From: Tubiluchus corallicola
Lineage: Eukaryota > Animalia > Priapulida
Length of the DNA stretch: 64,000 nt
Assembly: GCA_030141605.1 (NCBI GenBank)
Contig: JAQGDQ010001032.1
Span: forward strand, 1-64,000
Direction of reading: 5' to 3'
Shown in pieces: positions 22,511-35,400 of the stretch. Numbering within the stretch: position 1 is the stretch's first letter; every line of letters begins with the position of its first letter. A program made the translations under genes and the position numbers. A model generated the notes under the pieces. That model saw only the letters and a list, made by a program, of their open reading frames with translations, did no database searches and was not told the DNA's origin.

Positions 22511-23279
22511 CTTTCATCTTGACCGCATCTACGAAATAAAGAAAAAACCTTTACTTTTTTTATAATCTAATAGTAATAATACTACAGTAACAAATAAAAT
22601 TCATGATAAATAACTGTAGTGGTCTAAAATAATTTCCTCGTGAATGCCAGCTTGGGTCTGACTATACACTGGGTCTGACAGAGAAACAAAAAACTTTGAA
22701 GTCTTTGAAGAAAAGACAATGACTGGCACAGGATTATAATGGCATTTTAGGTTTATATACTCATTATCACCACCATTATTGCAGTGCTATTTTTATCGTT
22801 ATCGTCATCACTACCACTATTCTGATGCCATCATCATTATGCATGTACAACTTATAGTAGCTTATACAATTTTGGTCTATGAGTACGGGAGGAGGGGGGG
22901 GGGGATAATGTAGTGGGAAGCATATTTACAAAGCTGAATGTAATGACAATAATGATGATGACAACGTAATGACAACGTCCGTACATACATACATACACAC
23001 ACACGGACACACACGCGCGCGCGCGCGTACATACATACATTCATGCATATACATACGTATAATTATATAATAATATTATTAATACATTTTTACCACATGT
23101 GAAATTAAATGTGTACTCACGTTAGGAATTTTCACGTCACGTATTGAGGCAGCCAGGATAGATACTCGACATTTCGGCAATAATGAAGAATGCAACAGCT
23201 CAAAACAATACAATTAAAGAACAATAAATAAATGCAATCGTAACTTCAACATTTCGTGAAATTCACTTGAAAAGAAGAA

Positions 23280-24227
23280 TTAAACAACGTAGAGTTGATC
23301 CGCAATTTGGAACCAAAAATTAAAAAACGCGGTTTCCCCGAAACGTTGCGTCCACATATATTCGATTAAATAGTCTCCAATCATTTGCTGATTTGTCGGT
23401 CCATTCATGGCCTTGAATTTGGCTTTAGCTCTTTGCCACGTGGCTTCACCGTGGTTTGTGGCAGTTTGTGGGTCAACAAAATTCAAGTTGTGATTCACAG
23501 TTTGGTGTGCATAGCCACCAGCCATTAGTGGTATGGCATTGTATGCCCGCCACATGTCAGACCAGATAGTTGTTCCTGGCCTGATCCATTGCTGAATTAT
23601 TGGAAGCAGGGTTTGCGCATCCGTACTTGCCACAGGCACGAGAAGCGCCTTTTTCGTTTCGGCCTCATAGGCCCCAAAGGCCCATTGCTGTCGAACTACA
23701 CGACCCTGCTGGTTTTTACGGCGCGCAAACAAAGATTCGTCAATTTCGACAGTCCTCCCAGGGCCACCCAGCGGTTCGGGATTGTTGATGAAATATGCAA
23801 CAGCTACATCTCGGCAAACCTGGTGCCAATCAACAATTGTGGTGGGAGACCCTATTTCCAGCTCTTTCATGAGCATCTCCACTGACAGGCCTCTGGCCTT
23901 TCCACAGGTGGTGCACCACAAATAAGTCAAACCTAAAATTTGCCATAAGGCTAAGTGGGACTTCTCAAAAAAACTGCCCTTTCTGATGTTGACTACTTTA
24001 CGGCATTGCTGGCAGCGCCAGGCTCTCCCGTCGATAGACCTTGAATATAAACGTTCTTGACACGGTTCATTACATGCTGGGCAGATCATGTCTACTGCCA
24101 GCAAACCATGTTGCCTGCACCAATTTATAGTGTCCACAATATTTCCCCGAAATCTTGTGCCTATTTTCATCAGTGTCAGATTCACAAACTCGTTTCTATC
24201 AGGGCGTCGATTTGCTGCCACTGCCAT
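23280..24227 (-). mobile_element. Merlin (IS1595/ISXO2-like) DDE transposase ORF, about 315 aa from MAVAAN
   Basis: N-terminal CPAC...CQQC zinc ribbon, RKGSFF, GGPGRTVEIDES, TIWSDMWRAY, HQTVNH..FVDP..TNHGEATW, EYMW; uninterrupted ORF; TIRs not identified. Confidence 0.92.
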
Positions 24228-24959
24228 ATTTTTAAATATAAGAAACGGTAATTGTTCACAATTTTTTAACACGTCAAAATAAAATAAAATGAAATTAAAT
24301 ACGTCAAAATATGAATAATAACTTGAAATGCACAAAAAATTAAATACTGTCAATACACTGTCAATACACAATTACAACTGTTTTCATCACACCAAGGTCA
24401 CTGTGACACTAGCAATTGCGTTTTTAACCATTAAAATTTAATCCCGTTGTCACAAAAGTATGCAAAAAATTCAAGTTACTATAGGGGCCCAGGACACCAC
24501 GCGTAATAATGTTGTTTTATTAGTTATCCCTGATTATATTTATCTGACGTGCATCTTTTTCATCAAGTTCGTGAGTTCATTCATTTTTACAGCAAAAGCC
24601 AATAATTATATAATTTATGTAATAATTGACTTCGAGTCTTCATGATTCAACAAGTACGAGATGTATTTACCAGAACTAAACGAATCCTCAATCTCAGGCA
24701 AATTTCAAACTTCTCGTTCTTTACCTGAACAGTTCGTAACAGCAAAACGAAACTAACAAATTACAAGGAGACGGTTCTCGCACCTAACACAGTGAAGACA
24801 CAGCACGTGTCACGTACTTCGGCTAGCAAATCATGCTGCACTTACAAATCTTGTTACGTCTGAAGTTGAAAGCACATGTGCAATCAAATAGATTTATTTT
24901 CTACTTTCCACGAAAGTTTCAGATTTAGAACAACTATTATGTCAAGACTACAGCTGAGC

Positions 24960-26161
24960 ATTCTCCACCAGAAAGCGAATTGACGTCAAACATATTGGTC
25001 TATCGCTCCGCCTCAGCTGAACGTAAGCACGCTCAGCGGCTTTCGGGACAACAGCTCACGCAAGACAACAACTGTCTCAACTAAACTAAACTAAACAGCG
25101 TGACATTCACAACTAACGCCTAATCAGCAAATAAACTGATTGCACTTTTCATAAACACAAATTTGCAGAGCACCAGTTATTTTTAAACGAAATTAACACT
25201 TGAAGTAGTCAAAAAATGACTTTTCAGTTTAAACACAATGTAGAGATGACGTTTCAAACCACTGCAAAATACAGAGACATAAGTATCATAAAGAAACTAA
25301 GCCATTTAGCCTTTCTTTACAATAAATGAGCAACAAAAATATTAAGTCTCTCTTGCCTTTGAATATACAAACATCATGCCTGCGATGTATTTTTCTATAT
25401 TAACTGATCATGTACTCGTATGCAAGATTTAGTCAGGTTTTTTTTATTAATTCTTTACTTGTCATTAAAATGGTTCACTCATTATAATAAACATTGTATT
25501 TTGTATTTTTCCATTTGTTAGGCTAAGGAAATTAAATAAATTTTATTGTTCCATTCCATAGACGACCCTTATATTGAGTGCCCGAGTCACATTATTCCAA
25601 ATGGCATCTTTTAACGATGATTATAACCAAAAAAATAGCGTAAAAAATCTTATACTACATTAAAGTATAATATAGGTTTTGACCACGTTTGAATTAATTT
25701 TGACTGTGAAGATCTCATTGAGGTTTATAAAAACTGGCCAGAAAAGAAAACATTTTGTTTTGTCCTTATTTAAAGTTAATCAAATAGTTGTTTTATCTAA
25801 TTTGCAAAGACATAAACTAAACTAAACTGTGTATTTTCTTGATAGCAAAATGGTTTGATCAGCAACTCACAGACATAAGCGTTGTGCATTTATTTCTATA
25901 AATGAAACTAGACTATATATTTCCACTAATTCACTTGCAATTTCAGTTGACAATAATAAGATCTAGAACCAGGCCAATATCTCTCCTCCTAACTAATGAA
26001 AAGTTGAGCTTTTCACAACAGTGTTAGACGCAGCTGTAGCTAAATGTCCCGAACGTACCTGCTGCAGGGGTGTGTGAAATAGCTTGCACGCTGATCGGGC
26101 AGTCAACGAAAATGATTGACATTACGTTAGACGTCAATTGCTTTAGTATCTGGAGGAGAAT
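24960..26161. mobile_element. non-autonomous DNA transposon with imperfect TIRs
   Basis: ATTCTCCACCAGA..AATTGACGTC versus GACGTCAATT..TCTGGAGGAGAAT; right arm 25771-26140 repeated at 28655-29040. Confidence 0.6.
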
Positions 26162-26287
26162 CCGGTAGCATAATGCTTCTTCCTCCTCCTTACAGTGACT
26201 AGTATCACTTTTAATGTGAAATAATGTTTGTAGCTAAACGTATATGTATGTATTATTCACTGTGAAATTTCAATTCAATTCACTAGT

Positions 26288-26630
26288 ATTCTTCTTCTTC
26301 TTCCCAGCTTTTCCCTATGCGGGGTCGCTGTTGTGAATGAGTCTTCTCTACGCATTCCTGTTGTTGACCATCTCTTCATTTATGTCTTCCCTTCCCACAT
26401 GATCTTCAACGACTCTTCTTTTCAGGTGTCCATACCATCGCAATCTTGCGAGGCTTTCCACTACTTTTACTGTTCCTCTGATATTATTATTTCTAATTTT
26501 ATCTCTTCTTGTTATTCCAACCATCCATCTCAACATCCTCATCTCCACCACACCCATTTTCTTCTCTTCAGTCTTCTTTAGAGAAGCCGCTTCCAGCCCA
26601 TAGATTAGAGCGGGTCTGACCACTTCTTTG
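26288..26630 (-). mobile_element. RTE-clade LINE 3' fragment
   Basis: VRPALIYGLE...EMRMLRW...RRDKIRN...RLRWYGH...SDP; (GAA)n tail at 26288-26302. Confidence 0.88.
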
Positions 26631-26805
26631 TGCCTATTATACTGCCTATTAAGGTCTATGCACGTGATACGCCCGTGTTAACAAGACCATAACCAATCAG
26701 CAGTGTGTAGGTGGGTCATGTCATCTGTACAGAGTAGTATTTAAGGAGGACAGATCCAGAGGAAGAGACATTCGCTGCTGACAAGGTCTGCTACCACAAG
26801 GCCTG

Positions 26806-26948
26806 ATAACAAACTCTGTTAAAACAAGAGTTGCTAAAAACTCTGTTAACACAAGAGTTGCTAACAAGCTCTGTTATCTCAAGAACTGCTAACAAACTCT
26901 GCTAACACAAGAGTTGCTAACAAGCTCTGTTATCTCAAGAGCTGCTAA
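26806..26948. repeat. 28-bp tandem repeat x5
   Basis: TAACAAACTCTGTTAACACAAGAGTTGC variants. Confidence 0.75.
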
Positions 26949-27642
26949 TTATAAGCCCTGAACCATAATAAAGCAATTAAATAAATAATTCAAAATTGTC
27001 TATCAAAACCAACATTTCTCCAATGTCAGTTTTCCTGCTATTAACTTCAAGAACTAATTTGTGCTGAAGTGTGCCTTAGGCTTAACAGTCAGATGAACCC
27101 AAGCCATTGGTGCAAAGTACCATAATCTGCACACCTTTCCGTTACGTGAACCCCTAGCCGCGTTACAGTAGTATATTTTTCTAGAAGAATAAATGAATAG
27201 TTTTTAGATGGAACCGTGTTAAACGATGGTCAATTTTTATGAAAAAATCACTTTGGTCTTAAACTTTTGCAAATGATTGTATATACACTATAAGCAATTA
27301 AATTATTTCCCTAGGCGCTATAAAATGTTGTAGGTTGTCATCGGAAACGACATGAAATAACGTTTTTACAGTAATTATTATTCAAGCCAAATTAAATTAC
27401 TGCTTGCTGAAATCCGAGATGAAGTCGTTACCTTTTTAACTAGAGGAAAAAGCGACAGCGCAAAAATACAAAGGGATTTTGTGACAAGATAATTGTGATG
27501 AGCTAAGCATGCAGTGCAGGTATAAATACAAACAGACAGATACCCATGAGCACAAGACATATGAGCCATACTGAGGAATTAGTTGATTGGCGTGCGTTAG
27601 CAATTGTTTACGAGAGCATACAGTTAGAGGTATTTGAACGGG

Positions 27643-28641
27643 ATGGTTGGTACAAACTTCTGGGAGAACAGGATGGGTATGGCTGGTGCGGACGTCTGGG
27701 AGAACAGGATGGATGGTACAGAAGTTTACAATACAAGCAGCTCTGATTCCTCAGAGTGGAAGATGATCATAGGATGTTTATTTATTAGTCTCGGTTTCCT
27801 GACAACATTTGCTAATTTATTAATCGTGTTAATCATTTACTTCTCCACGCCTCTTCATAAGATTCCTTACTATATTCTGTGTAATCAAGCAGTGAGTGAC
27901 GGTGGCGTTGGTGTTGCCGTCATGGCTTTAGGAACAGTTTACTTTTGCGAACTAGACAGAGATATAATTTACTGCCTCGTTCTCACAGCATTTGCTCTCT
28001 GTTTTCAATTTTCTACCGTTCTGTCCATAGTTGTCATAACGTTTGAAAGATACGTTGCCATTATGTATCCGCTTCGATACGACACCATGGTAACTGAGAA
28101 ACGCCTGATCGTCGGATTGACCTCAGTTTGGATGTCTGCTATGATTTCTGGAACAATAACAGCTGGCTTACAAGGTAACGACCCGACAGCCTTTACAGAC
28201 TACTGTCTAGGTTCTGCCAATGTATCTCCGACACTGACATACGCTTGGATGGCCAACACAACGTTTTTTCTAATTTTTCCTTTCCTTATATTGATTCTTT
28301 ATGTGAGAATCATCAAGGCAAGTTTACATCAGATAAATAGGATCGAGTCGTCTAATACGGAAGCGGTACAGCGTCATCGTGCGGGTGTTGCAAGAGCAAA
28401 ACTGGCTGTGACTATTGCTATGAACGTTGGTCTTTACTTCTTGCTGTGGTATCCGTTTTTTATCAAAGGTCTTTTGTATCATACCGGACTAAGCAGCATC
28501 ACGGACATGAAACAGTTGGTAGGTTTTCTCTTACTGGGAGAAATTAACAGCGTTACAAATGTATTTATTTACGCTTTTCGTTTGAAAGATTTCAGAAAAG
28601 GTATGAAAAGAATGTATCCCGTAAAGTTGTGTACTGCTTAA
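27643..28641 (+). CDS. intronless class A (rhodopsin-like) GPCR, orphan
   Basis: Seven hydrophobic segments; TM1 AN, TM2 QAVSD, TM3 Cys and FERY, TM4 W, ECL2 Cys, TM6 LWYP, TM7 NSVTNVFIYAFR. First in-frame ATG at 27643 (alternatives 27673, 27679, 27709); AATAAA just after the stop. Confidence 0.9.
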   Translation: MVGTNFWENRMGMAGADVWENRMDGTEVYNTSSSDSSEWKMIIGCLFISLGFLTTFANLLIVLIIYFSTPLHKIPYYILCNQAVSDGGVGVAVMALGTVYFCELDRDIIYCLVLTAFALCFQFSTVLSIVVITFERYVAIMYPLRYDTMVTEKRLIVGLTSVWMSAMISGTITAGLQGNDPTAFTDYCLGSANVSPTLTYAWMANTTFFLIFPFLILILYVRIIKASLHQINRIESSNTEAVQRHRAGVARAKLAVTIAMNVGLYFLLWYPFFIKGLLYHTGLSSITDMKQLVGFLLLGEINSVTNVFIYAFRLKDFRKGMKRMYPVKLCTA

Positions 28642-28654
28642 ACAATAAATAAAT

Positions 28655-29040
28655 AAAGTTAATCAAATAGTTGTTTTTATCTAACTTGTAAAGCCATAAA
28701 CTAAACTAAACTGTGTATTTTCTTGATTACAAAATGGTTTAATCAGCAACTTATAGACGTAAGCGTTGTACATTTCTTCCTACAAACGAAACTAGATTAT
28801 ATATTTCCACTAATTCACTTGCAATGTCAATTGACAATAATAGAATCTGGAACCAAGTCAATATTTTTCCCGCTAACTAATGAAAAGTTGAGCATTTTTC
28901 ATAACAGCTGTTAGGAGGAGCTGTAGCTAAATGTCCCAAACGTACCTGCGTTAATCAAGCTCTGCAGGTGTGTGAAATAACTTGTACGCTGATTGGTCTA
29001 GCAATGAAAATGACTGACAATTATGTTAAACGTCAATTCG
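28655..29040 (+). repeat. diverged direct repeat of 25771-26140 (transposon right arm)
   Basis: Both start TAAAGTTAATCAAATAGTTG and end ACGTCAATT. Confidence 0.85.
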
Positions 29041-29405
29041 AATCAAATATGTAACTTTCGAGTTCTAATCGAACAGAATTTCAGTGTTTCGAATTCGTAT
29101 CGAATTTGAACTCTGTCTAAAAGATTTTCGTACAAGTTTTCGAACTATCAGTAAAAAGTGGTCCTACAGAGATTATGCACATATTATTTGATTTTATTCT
29201 GCAGTAAGAGCACTAATAATTGATTTAAAAATTGCACAGAGAAATTACAGATAATTTGTGCTAATTGCAAGAAGTTTCAAACGTTTTAGTGATAAGGAAC
29301 ATGTGTGATTGAAGTGCTGAATTATTCGAATTTATAATTTTAGGCTCGAATCGATTTCAGATTAAAAAACTCGTTCGAACTCAAACTTTCGAAATTCGGC
29401 CCTAG
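29037..29405 (-). mobile_element. TTCGAA-rich MITE, inverted relative of 30521-30917
   Basis: Reverse-complement match, e.g. TTCGAATAATTCAGCACTTCAATCACA. Confidence 0.75.
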
Positions 29406-30520
29406 TCAAGACATGATAAGAAAAGCAAATAAATATAAAGACTGTAAAACTCTGCCTTTTCTAATTTTTCTTTACGATACTTATATAAACCATTGAATAT
29501 ATATTTCTGTAATGTGTGCCAAAATTTGAAGTTAAAATTAAAGCGTGTAATGATCATTATGCCAAAATGAAGCACAGAAAATCAATCGTTATTATACTTC
29601 CCGAGAAGTGTTTAAGCCATGTTTAAGAATAATCTAAATGCATCATTACTTGGCATGTAGAGTGGAATACACATAGTTTAAACACAGTGAGTTTTGGTCA
29701 GAATGTGAGTACAATGTAGCACACACATATTTCGTGTCAACTGTCACGTAACAATAATTAAGTGTCACGTGAAGTAACTTACTGTCATGGAATTATGGAT
29801 TATAATGACCAGGCAGCTTCCTATCATACTGAATTACATAATACCCAAGGTTACTGAATTTGCATTCCTAGAAATCTAAAGTCAGGATGTTTATCATTTA
29901 GTGCATCTGTATGGTCAAAATTAACCAATAAAAGTGGTTAATAATAAAAGTGTTTCCAGTTAAGTGTGATTAATTACTAGAGAAATTAATGTTGTGATTT
30001 TTAAAAAGGCTTGCTCCTGCCTTGAATTCTGTTATAAAAACGTAATTTAAAAGAGCCAAGCATCAATAACCCGCCCTCAAAAATACCTTTAATCTAGAGA
30101 CAGTTGCAACTAATCAGTTACTTTGAAGAATAAATCTTAAAATTTTGATAGTAACTGACTACAGTACCTATTCCAGCTTTTTGGAAAGTCACAATTGCAT
30201 AATGCAGCTTCACAAACTGTCGTTAAAACCACGAAGAAGGTGAAAGATTTCAGTTAGGCAGCATTAGCTAAAAGCAGGTTTACATTGTTTAAGCCTTAGA
30301 TACATCTTATCTGCAGATGTTTTGCAATTGCAGTAATTACAGCTCCTGTATGAAGCACACTAAGATGAGGTCAAGATGTTAGAAAACTAATTTATGTTAT
30401 AATGTTTTTGATGTTAAACACACTTGTCCTATGACGTAATGGCATTGTCTTCACGTATACATGGATGTAATGTCTTCTTCGAAAAACTGCCATTATAATA
30501 AGCTACATGCAGGCTTTCAG

Positions 30521-30917
30521 TAGGGGTGAGCATTGAACATTCGAGTTCGATCATTCGAATCGAATCCGAGTTCGAACTCGATTCGAACATAAAACTATAG
30601 ATTCGAATAATTCAGCACTTCAATCACATATGTTCTTTAAAATTAAAACGATTGAAACAACGTGCAATTAGCATAATTTAGCTGTGATTTCTGTGCACAA
30701 TTTTAAGCAGATTATTAGTCGTTTTATTGCAGAACAAAATCGAGTGAAATGCAAGATCTTTGTAAGACTAATTTTTACTAGTGGTTCGAAAACTTGTTCG
30801 AAAATCTTTCAATCTCAGTTCGAATTCTGTTCGAATTCGAAACACTGAAGTTTGGTTCGATTCGAATTCGAAAGTCACAAATTCGATTCCATTTATGTTA
30901 GAAAATGCTCACTCCTA
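30521..30917 (+). mobile_element. TTCGAA-rich hAT-like MITE
   Basis: TIR TAGGGGTGAGCATT/AATGCTCACTCCTA; degenerate 8-bp TSD GCTTTCAG/GTTTCCAG. Confidence 0.75.
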
Positions 30918-30929
30918 GTTTCCAGCAGT

Positions 30930-31952
30930 TAGGTACATAGGAAGAACTTTCAAAACTAACATTGGAATTACTGAAGTGACAGCCTTGGCACAGTGCTTTT
31001 TATGTTTGTACCTACTCAATGGACTAACAAAACGGAGATGTCTCACCTACAGATCATGATTATGATGCCACCTCTGTAGAAAATCTCCCTTTCCATATTG
31101 TTGAACACACTTACCCTGCACCAGATTCCTACAAGCCACTCCTATTTCCTAATAGACCAACAATGTGCCAATGACATTGGGTGGATAAGCATTTCGAAAT
31201 TGTGCACTGGTACTGTTAAAAAAGAATGCCCAACATTAATAGAAAAAAGAAAACTCAAGGTTAATGAAGCGAAAACTGAAGAATATAACATATCTTGAGA
31301 TGGAGACCAATCTTAGAAACACTGCAAATACACAGAGTCACTACTTAACACAGGAGACGATATCAAAAATAGGAAACAATAGAAAACGCTCGGTTTTATC
31401 AAAATAAATCAATTCTAAGCAGCAAGAAACTATCCCTCAAAACAAGGCTGCAACTCTTTAAAACATATATAACTAGTATCTTCATGTACAACAATGAAAT
31501 TTAGGGCTTAATTGCAATGCCGGAAGCAGAAATAAATGTCTTCAAAGAGGCCTACTCAGTAAAATCTTAAAAATAGAGTGGCCGTAATACCAGTTCAAAT
31601 GAGCAGTTGTAAAACAGAACCAAAATAGAATATTGGAACACTAAAATCAGAATCAGAAGACCAAGATGAGTAGAACATTCATGAGACTGCCAGAAGAGAC
31701 ACCAGTAATAAAATTAACATTAAGCGAGACAGTGAAACCCACTAAACAATTTCCAGGCAAACCAAAAACAACCTGGTCATCACGAATTAATAAAGATTTA
31801 CAATAAGTGGAACCAAACCTAACAATAGCATCACAGGAATTGAAAATTTTAGCTGCAGGCAGGGAACAGTGGAGTGCTCTAATAAAGGATACAGGCTCTA
31901 TTATATCTACAATAGATGTTTAAAGCAGCAGCAGAAGAAGACGAAGAAGAGG
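30930..31952 (+). mobile_element. decayed RTE-like LINE RT remnant
   Basis: Fragments QCANDIGWIS, LKVNEAKTEEY, CKYTESLL..GDDIKNR, MRLPEETP with stops and frameshifts; (GCA/GAA)n tail. Confidence 0.7.
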
Positions 31953-32165
31953 AAGGTATATATCGAGAGTGTCTGTCCTATACAAAAGATCACAAAACAA
32001 ACAAAAAAATACTTAAACACTGACCTCTTATACTTGAGCTCCCACATAAATTTACGCAAACCATGTTTTCCATAGCTGAAGATTCATTGATTTTAAGTTG
32101 CAAATAAACTCAAATTGAATTTAACCGTGAGTTCAACTTTTTTGACTTAAACCTGCGGACTGTAC

Positions 32166-32488
32166 ATGCCGAGCATGTCAGGTGTTGTCGCGCTTGTTAT
32201 TAAGCATAAGTTGAACAAACTTTTTAATTCTTCACGGCTGCTACTGCAGTCTTCCCTAAATGTTAAGCCTACGTTCCTAATTTCTTGTCGAAGAATGAGG
32301 CTGATGAGATTTCGTGCATCTGATGGGTCGAGTAGGTTAGGAGCTGAAATAAAGCCAGAAAGTTCAAATTGCTACTCTGTTGTTGATTTGACTTCAGCTT
32401 TGGAAAACGCAGGAACGCCGCTAAATGTGCCATCAGATTCCATTGAACTTATTAGTGCCGGATATGAAATTATACAAACTGTTGAAAG
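32166..32488 (+). CDS. FAHD2: FAHD2 exon 1 (start at 32166 or MRLMRF at 32295)
   Basis: MRLMRF...RLGAE...VVDL resembles the FAHD2 N-terminus; donor AG|gtaata. Confidence 0.8.
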
Positions 32489-35400
32489 GTAATATCTGGG
32501 ACTATTTTGTTAATAGACTAACTAAAGCCTAAGTAGGACGCCAGATTTTAGGGTCCCTCGACCCAGTATTAAAACATTCTTATTCTCCTCGAAAAATGCT
32601 TGTCCTTTCGTATTGATATAAAGCGTGTATTTTATAACACACCACAAGCAGGTGTGCAGCTACTAAGTAATAGTGCTGATAATACACCACAAATAATTTT
32701 GCATTGCCCATTAATGTTATCAGTTTAATTTAGGAAACATTAATAATTTTAAAATGAATGACATATTTATCAGCTTTCCATTTTAAGTCTAATGCACCAA
32801 TTAAACTATTTATACAAGTAATTTTTTTTTGTAAAACCTGCATGTAACTATTAGACACATAATTTGTGAAAGTGAAAGCTTATTTATTAGTAACATAGTA
32901 TTACACTGAGATGTATTACTATGCATGATAATTCTCTATGCAAGAGCTCATTTGCTACAAACTCTATTTGAGGAGATTTCAAATTTACATCTGATATTAA
33001 AATAAGTAAGTAAGTATCTTTATTTATCACCTTTTTTACAAGAAAAACACAGAGCATGAAACGATAATATGATGCAAAGTGACAAGATTATTAAATGAAT
33101 AAATTATCTGAGGTAATGATATTCAAGTGATTGGTGGAAGAGTGGCGAAAAACTAAAAGTTACCAAAGTCAACCACCCTGTAAGTAATGTTGCTATTAGT
33201 GATATGCGCAATTATCTTGACGGAGATTTCAGAATAAGGTGTGTAAAACTATTGAGATTAAGTTTAAATTTGAACATAAATATCATGGACATAAAGGCAT
33301 AATAAATACATATAATGTTAATATTCTAAGCAATGTGCAGATTTACGCAGACAGAATTGCCTTACCTCTTAACTTTCATTTACATGTTAGTACTGAATAT
33401 CGCACGTTTCCAATAAGGCATCTAGATAGTCATGAGGCCTTTAAAACTAATTTCTACTCTCCCATTTGCATCTGATGCAGAATTTTAAACTGATGCATAT
33501 CAAATTCTATGGTATTTTGTAAAATGTATTGATTAGGCAGCACTATTAAAAATTTATATCATGGCATTAATTATATACTTTTTTCATTGTATACAATTTT
33601 TTCAGTGCTGTCAAATCCAAGAAACACTGTATTTCTGTGAATGAAAGAGACTATTTGGCTCCAATAGTGAAACCAGATAAGGTCTTATGCATTGGAATGA
33701 ATTATCGGGACCATTGTGAAGAACAAGGAGTTCCAGTTCCAACTGAGCCTGTTCTGTTTAGCAAATTTTCTAGTTGCATAGTGGGGCCACGTGATAATAT
33801 TCTTTATACAGATGAAACAAAGGTAAACTAAACATTTGAAAGTGAATTTAAATTAATTCCAAATTTTACATTTCCATATAACTGACTGTTTTCATGTTTG
33901 TCTGGGCTGCTGGTTGATATACCAAGGATAGTTTGAGCTCACATTTCCATATGACTGACTGTTTTCATGTTTGTCTGGGCTGCTGGTTGATATACCAAGG
34001 ATAGTTTGAGCTCACATTTCCATATGACTGACTGTTTTCATGTTTGTCTGGGCTGCTGGTTGATATACCAAGGATAGTTTGAGCTCACATTTCCATATGA
34101 CTGACTGTTTTCATGTTTGTCTGGGCTGCTGGTTGATATACCAAGGATAGTTTGGAGCTCACATTTCCATATGACTGACTGTTTTCATGTTTGTCTGGGC
34201 TGCTGGTTGATATACCAAGGATAGTTTGAGCTCACATTTCCATATGACTGACTGTTTTCATGTTTGTCTGGGCTGCTGGTTGATATACCAAGGATAGTTT
34301 GAGCTCACATTTCCATATGACTGACTGTTTTCATGTTTGTCTGGGCTGCTGGTTGATATACCAAGGATAGTTTGAGCTCACATTTCCATATGACTGACTG
34401 TTTTCATGTTTGTCTGGGCTGCTGGTTGATATACCAAGGATAGTTTGAGCTCACATTTCCATATGACTGACTGTTTTCATGTTTGTCTGGGCTGCTGGTT
34501 GATATACCAAGGATAGTTTGAGCTCACATTTCCATATGACTGACTGTTTTCATGTTTGTCTGGGCTGCTGGTTGATATACCAAGGATAGTTTGAGCTCAC
34601 ATTTCCATATGACTGACTGTTTTCATGTTTGTCTGGGCTGCTGGTTGATATACCAAGGATAGTTTGAGCTCACATTTCCATATGACTGACTGTTTTCATG
34701 TTTGTCTGGGCTGCTGGTTGATATACCAAGGATAGTTTGAGCTCACATTTCCAATTTTTTGCCAACATTTTAGCGTAATTTTTGTGTTATATTAGTCACA
34801 CTGCAGTTAAAGCAAGTTCGACTGTTAGAGTATGAAAGTACTCATTTACCAAGAGTTTAGTCTCTTCATATCTTCCTTAGTAATTCTGATTAACTTTGTA
34901 ATCTGATTAACAGATTATGCAAAGCAAGGCATCATTGATAAATCTTTAGAGCTGATGTCAACATAGCGCAATCTATTATCTTTCTTCCTACCATTTCCAC
35001 AAACACATCCTTCTACCCTTCCTGTGTGATCTAACCTTTCTCCCAGTTCTTTTTTTCGTTCACTCATCCATTCTTTTTTATATCGGGTTCACATGACAGT
35101 GGGCTTATACAAGCCTTTGCTTCTCTAGCCTACTGCAGTACAATTATTCCTTTATGTTAACGATAGTGTATGAAACATAACAATTTAATACGATATGATG
35201 TAATAATTTTGATGTCACTGTGTGCTTAATGTCATTATATTGTACTGAATGTGATGATAATAAATAATAATAATAAAAAAAAACTTTAATTTTTTGCCAA
35301 AAATTGTGTAAGGCTGGCCCTGCATCAAAATGCACTTAAGCAGAAATCAGTTAATATGGGACTGTATCATCCTGGATAAAGGATGCTTCCTTGAGGAAGA

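Noticed and set aside
24228-24371. N-terminal 48 aa of the listed 363-aa transposase ORF
   Set aside because: Starts at a non-ATG codon in AT-rich sequence; the eukaryotic start is more plausibly the ATG at 24227.
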